Below are positions 61,786 to 64,000 of a stretch of DNA of 64,000 bases, in pieces; within the stretch, counting starts at the first letter, position 1, and each line of letters opens with the position of its first letter. Below the pieces are notes generated by a model, which was not told the origin of the DNA, made no database searches, and worked only from the letters and a program-made list of their open reading frames with translations. Made by a program: the position numbers and the translations under genes. Origin of the DNA: Eledone cirrhosa (lineage: Eukaryota); contig OZ024743.1 of the NCBI GenBank assembly GCA_964016885.1, positions 159,092,001 through 159,156,000 on the forward strand, given 5' to 3'.

Positions 61786-64000
61786 TTCCGGATGGTATAG
61801 ACGTTCTTCACATCGGCTCCTCGAGTATTGGAGATATTACGTGTTAACAGTAAGTGTTTGTCTGAATTATTGCGTTATTGTGTTAATTAACCCCCTTGCC
61901 TGGGTCTTCGAACAGTAGGGTTAATTTATTTCACCCCCTTGGGGTGATATTTTTCATCCTAAAAATCTTGTAATTGTCTCTACGCTAGTGGTAATGGAAG
62001 CCATTACCACAAGTAACGATGACACGCCCACTAAACAAACTGAAGGAGAGCGGGTAGCGGAGGCAACAAGCCTCCCTACTGAAAGAATAATGATTATTAG
62101 AAACATTGAAAAAATGGAGCGTAAGCCTAATGAAAAAAATGTGAAAAAAATTGACTCGGAGAAATAGCCAACATTAATGGATGCCGTTTCGACTTTTCAC
62201 GGTGCCACACTCACCAGCAAAGGTGAAAGAGAAGTAGTAGCTGTGACTACAAGTCTCTCGGATACTGAAAATATCAGTGAACATTTTGAAAAAATGGAGT
62301 CTAACCCCAACGGGGGAAAAAATGTGAACGCATACACAACCTCAACAAAAAATAAATAACACAACCTCAACAAAAAAATTAAAATTGTAACAACAAAAAA
62401 CAAGAAAACAACCCCATTTTGACAAATGTAAACAAAGAGGGGGCGAACAAAATGACGTTCGCTCAAACTACGAGAAAAACCATTGTGTATGAACCTGGCC
62501 CAGCAAATGGAAAATGCACGGAAGTATATAACTTTGGAGGAGAATGGTCTATTTTCTTTAAATTCTCCCCCAGAGCTAAAAAAAGGAAATTGCTTAAAAA
62601 CTATTATTTATAGGACAATATCAAACAAAACCCGTCAGCCAGTACAACTAACACAGAGAGAGATTGGACTGGCTTTAAAAGATCATCTGAAAAACATTGT
62701 ATTCATTCGGAAGGATAGACTCTACGGTTTATCTATCCATCCGAATGAAAGATAAATTGACGGCCGAAAAACATTCCTTGGCCCCAATTGTGTCCCCCTT
62801 ATTTACCTTCTTCCCCACTTATTTGGGAAGAAGAACGCAAAGATTGACCATACACAGTATCGATCCGGATATTGATTTCTGGGCGGTACTGTGTGGCCTC
62901 TTCGACTTGAAAGAGGATGCAGTAATTTCGGTGGGTAAGTCTTCCAGCAACGTGTTCGGTGGAACTAGTCTGCAAGTTCTGGTGCAAATGCAGCCAGAAT
63001 ATGGAAGACGAGCCCCTTTCATCGTCAGGCGGGGGAGGCGCACTTTCATAAAGTTAAAAGAAAAAAAGAAAACACACCACAGGAACACAAATACAAACAA
63101 CCCTCCCCAATACATAACACAGACATCAACACAAAAAAACACACAACAATAGAAAACAAAAAAAACATCACACAAAAAGAAAGATATGCATACACTTACA
63201 TAAACACAATAAACAAAAAACTGTTAAACGTTATTTATAATAACAACTTAATAAAAAACTGAACGTTCGAATTTCGCACAAGTAACGGGGCTTCCCCATC
63301 TACAAATGATAAAAGCCCCAATCGACATTTACAAAACGTTAAAAGACACTTTTAAAGAGGACGTGAGGCCCCCCTGCGTCACACCCATTAACCGTGTCCT
63401 CCTAAAAAAATCCCCCCCCCCAGAAACCAACACAACTCCAAACACCCCAACCCCACCACACACTGATGCCCCTACACTTCCACAAACCACCACCCCACCA
63501 AAAAACCCATCCCCCACCCCCATGGAAATTGTGCGGCCCGGTCCCCGGGACGCAGAGAGGTAAGTGCCTTTCCTCTTTACCACCAACATGGCTGTATTGA
63601 GAGTAGGTTGTCTGAATGCGCGTGGCCTGGGCTCACCTTGGAAGCAAGCAATGCTTCTAAATGACTTCAGGTCACGATGTATAAATGTGATGGTTATTTG
63701 CGAGGCCCGGCTCAGCAGCGTGCAACAGCTGGCCCCCACCTTTGATGACTTTGAGAATCACGCATCTCTCTGTCAGTCCGGAGGTGGGGGTGGGGTTGTC
63801 GTTCTGCTGCAAAAACATCTGGGTCTCGCTACACAGACGGTACACTTGGACCCGGAGGGTCAAATAGAGGTTCTGGACCTTGGCAGTGGTGAAGGCGGAG
63901 CTTTTAGGCTGGTCGCCGTCTACGGCCCTTTTGGGTCAACGCGGCCGGACTTCTTCCATCGTCTGGAGACTTTTCTAGGGACGTCCCGCTCCTTGCTTTT
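61786..64000 (+). mobile_element. Third Tx1/L1-clade LINE: 5' UTR, decayed ORF1 (~61995-63563), start of ORF2; continues beyond the window
   Basis: Begins after (TCTA)n; ORF1 segments similar to 4160-4800. Confidence 0.85.
63588..64000 (+). CDS. LINE ORF2 N-terminus (APE endonuclease), open to the window end
   Basis: MAVLRVGCLNARGLGSPWKQ...ICEAR...FRLVAVYGP...RPDFFHRLETFLGTSRSL. Confidence 0.85.
   Translation, partial: MAVLRVGCLNARGLGSPWKQAMLLNDFRSRCINVMVICEARLSSVQQLAPTFDDFENHASLCQSGGGGGVVVLLQKHLGLATQTVHLDPEGQIEVLDLGSGEGGAFRLVAVYGPFGSTRPDFFHRLETFLGTSRSLL

Overview
AT-rich, microsatellite-saturated animal DNA. The SINE and LINE content looks cephalopod (octopus-like), which is an inference. 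No host protein-coding gene is confidently recognisable; nearly all long ORFs are decayed transposon ORFs or microsatellite artefacts. Contents: three Tx1/L1-type LINEs; at least eight Penelope-like element (PLE) remnants (GIY-YIG and/or RT), mostly tail-out inverted repeats inside (TA)n; RTE and R4/Dong-like fragments; a Tc1/mariner relic; tRNA-derived SINEs. The main hidden signal is about 25 type I hammerhead ribozyme (HHR) motifs from roughly a dozen families. The best candidate system is a near-perfect non-coding 466-bp tandem array (39289-42868) with one HHR per unit, i.e. a retrozyme-like element. Its internal inversion junction lies 1 nt from the predicted self-cleavage site and has twin-priming geometry. 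Several HHRs carry recurring core variants (U3-A8, A13C, U.U at the base of stem II, large stem II inserts). All folds were read by eye and none is experimentally verified.
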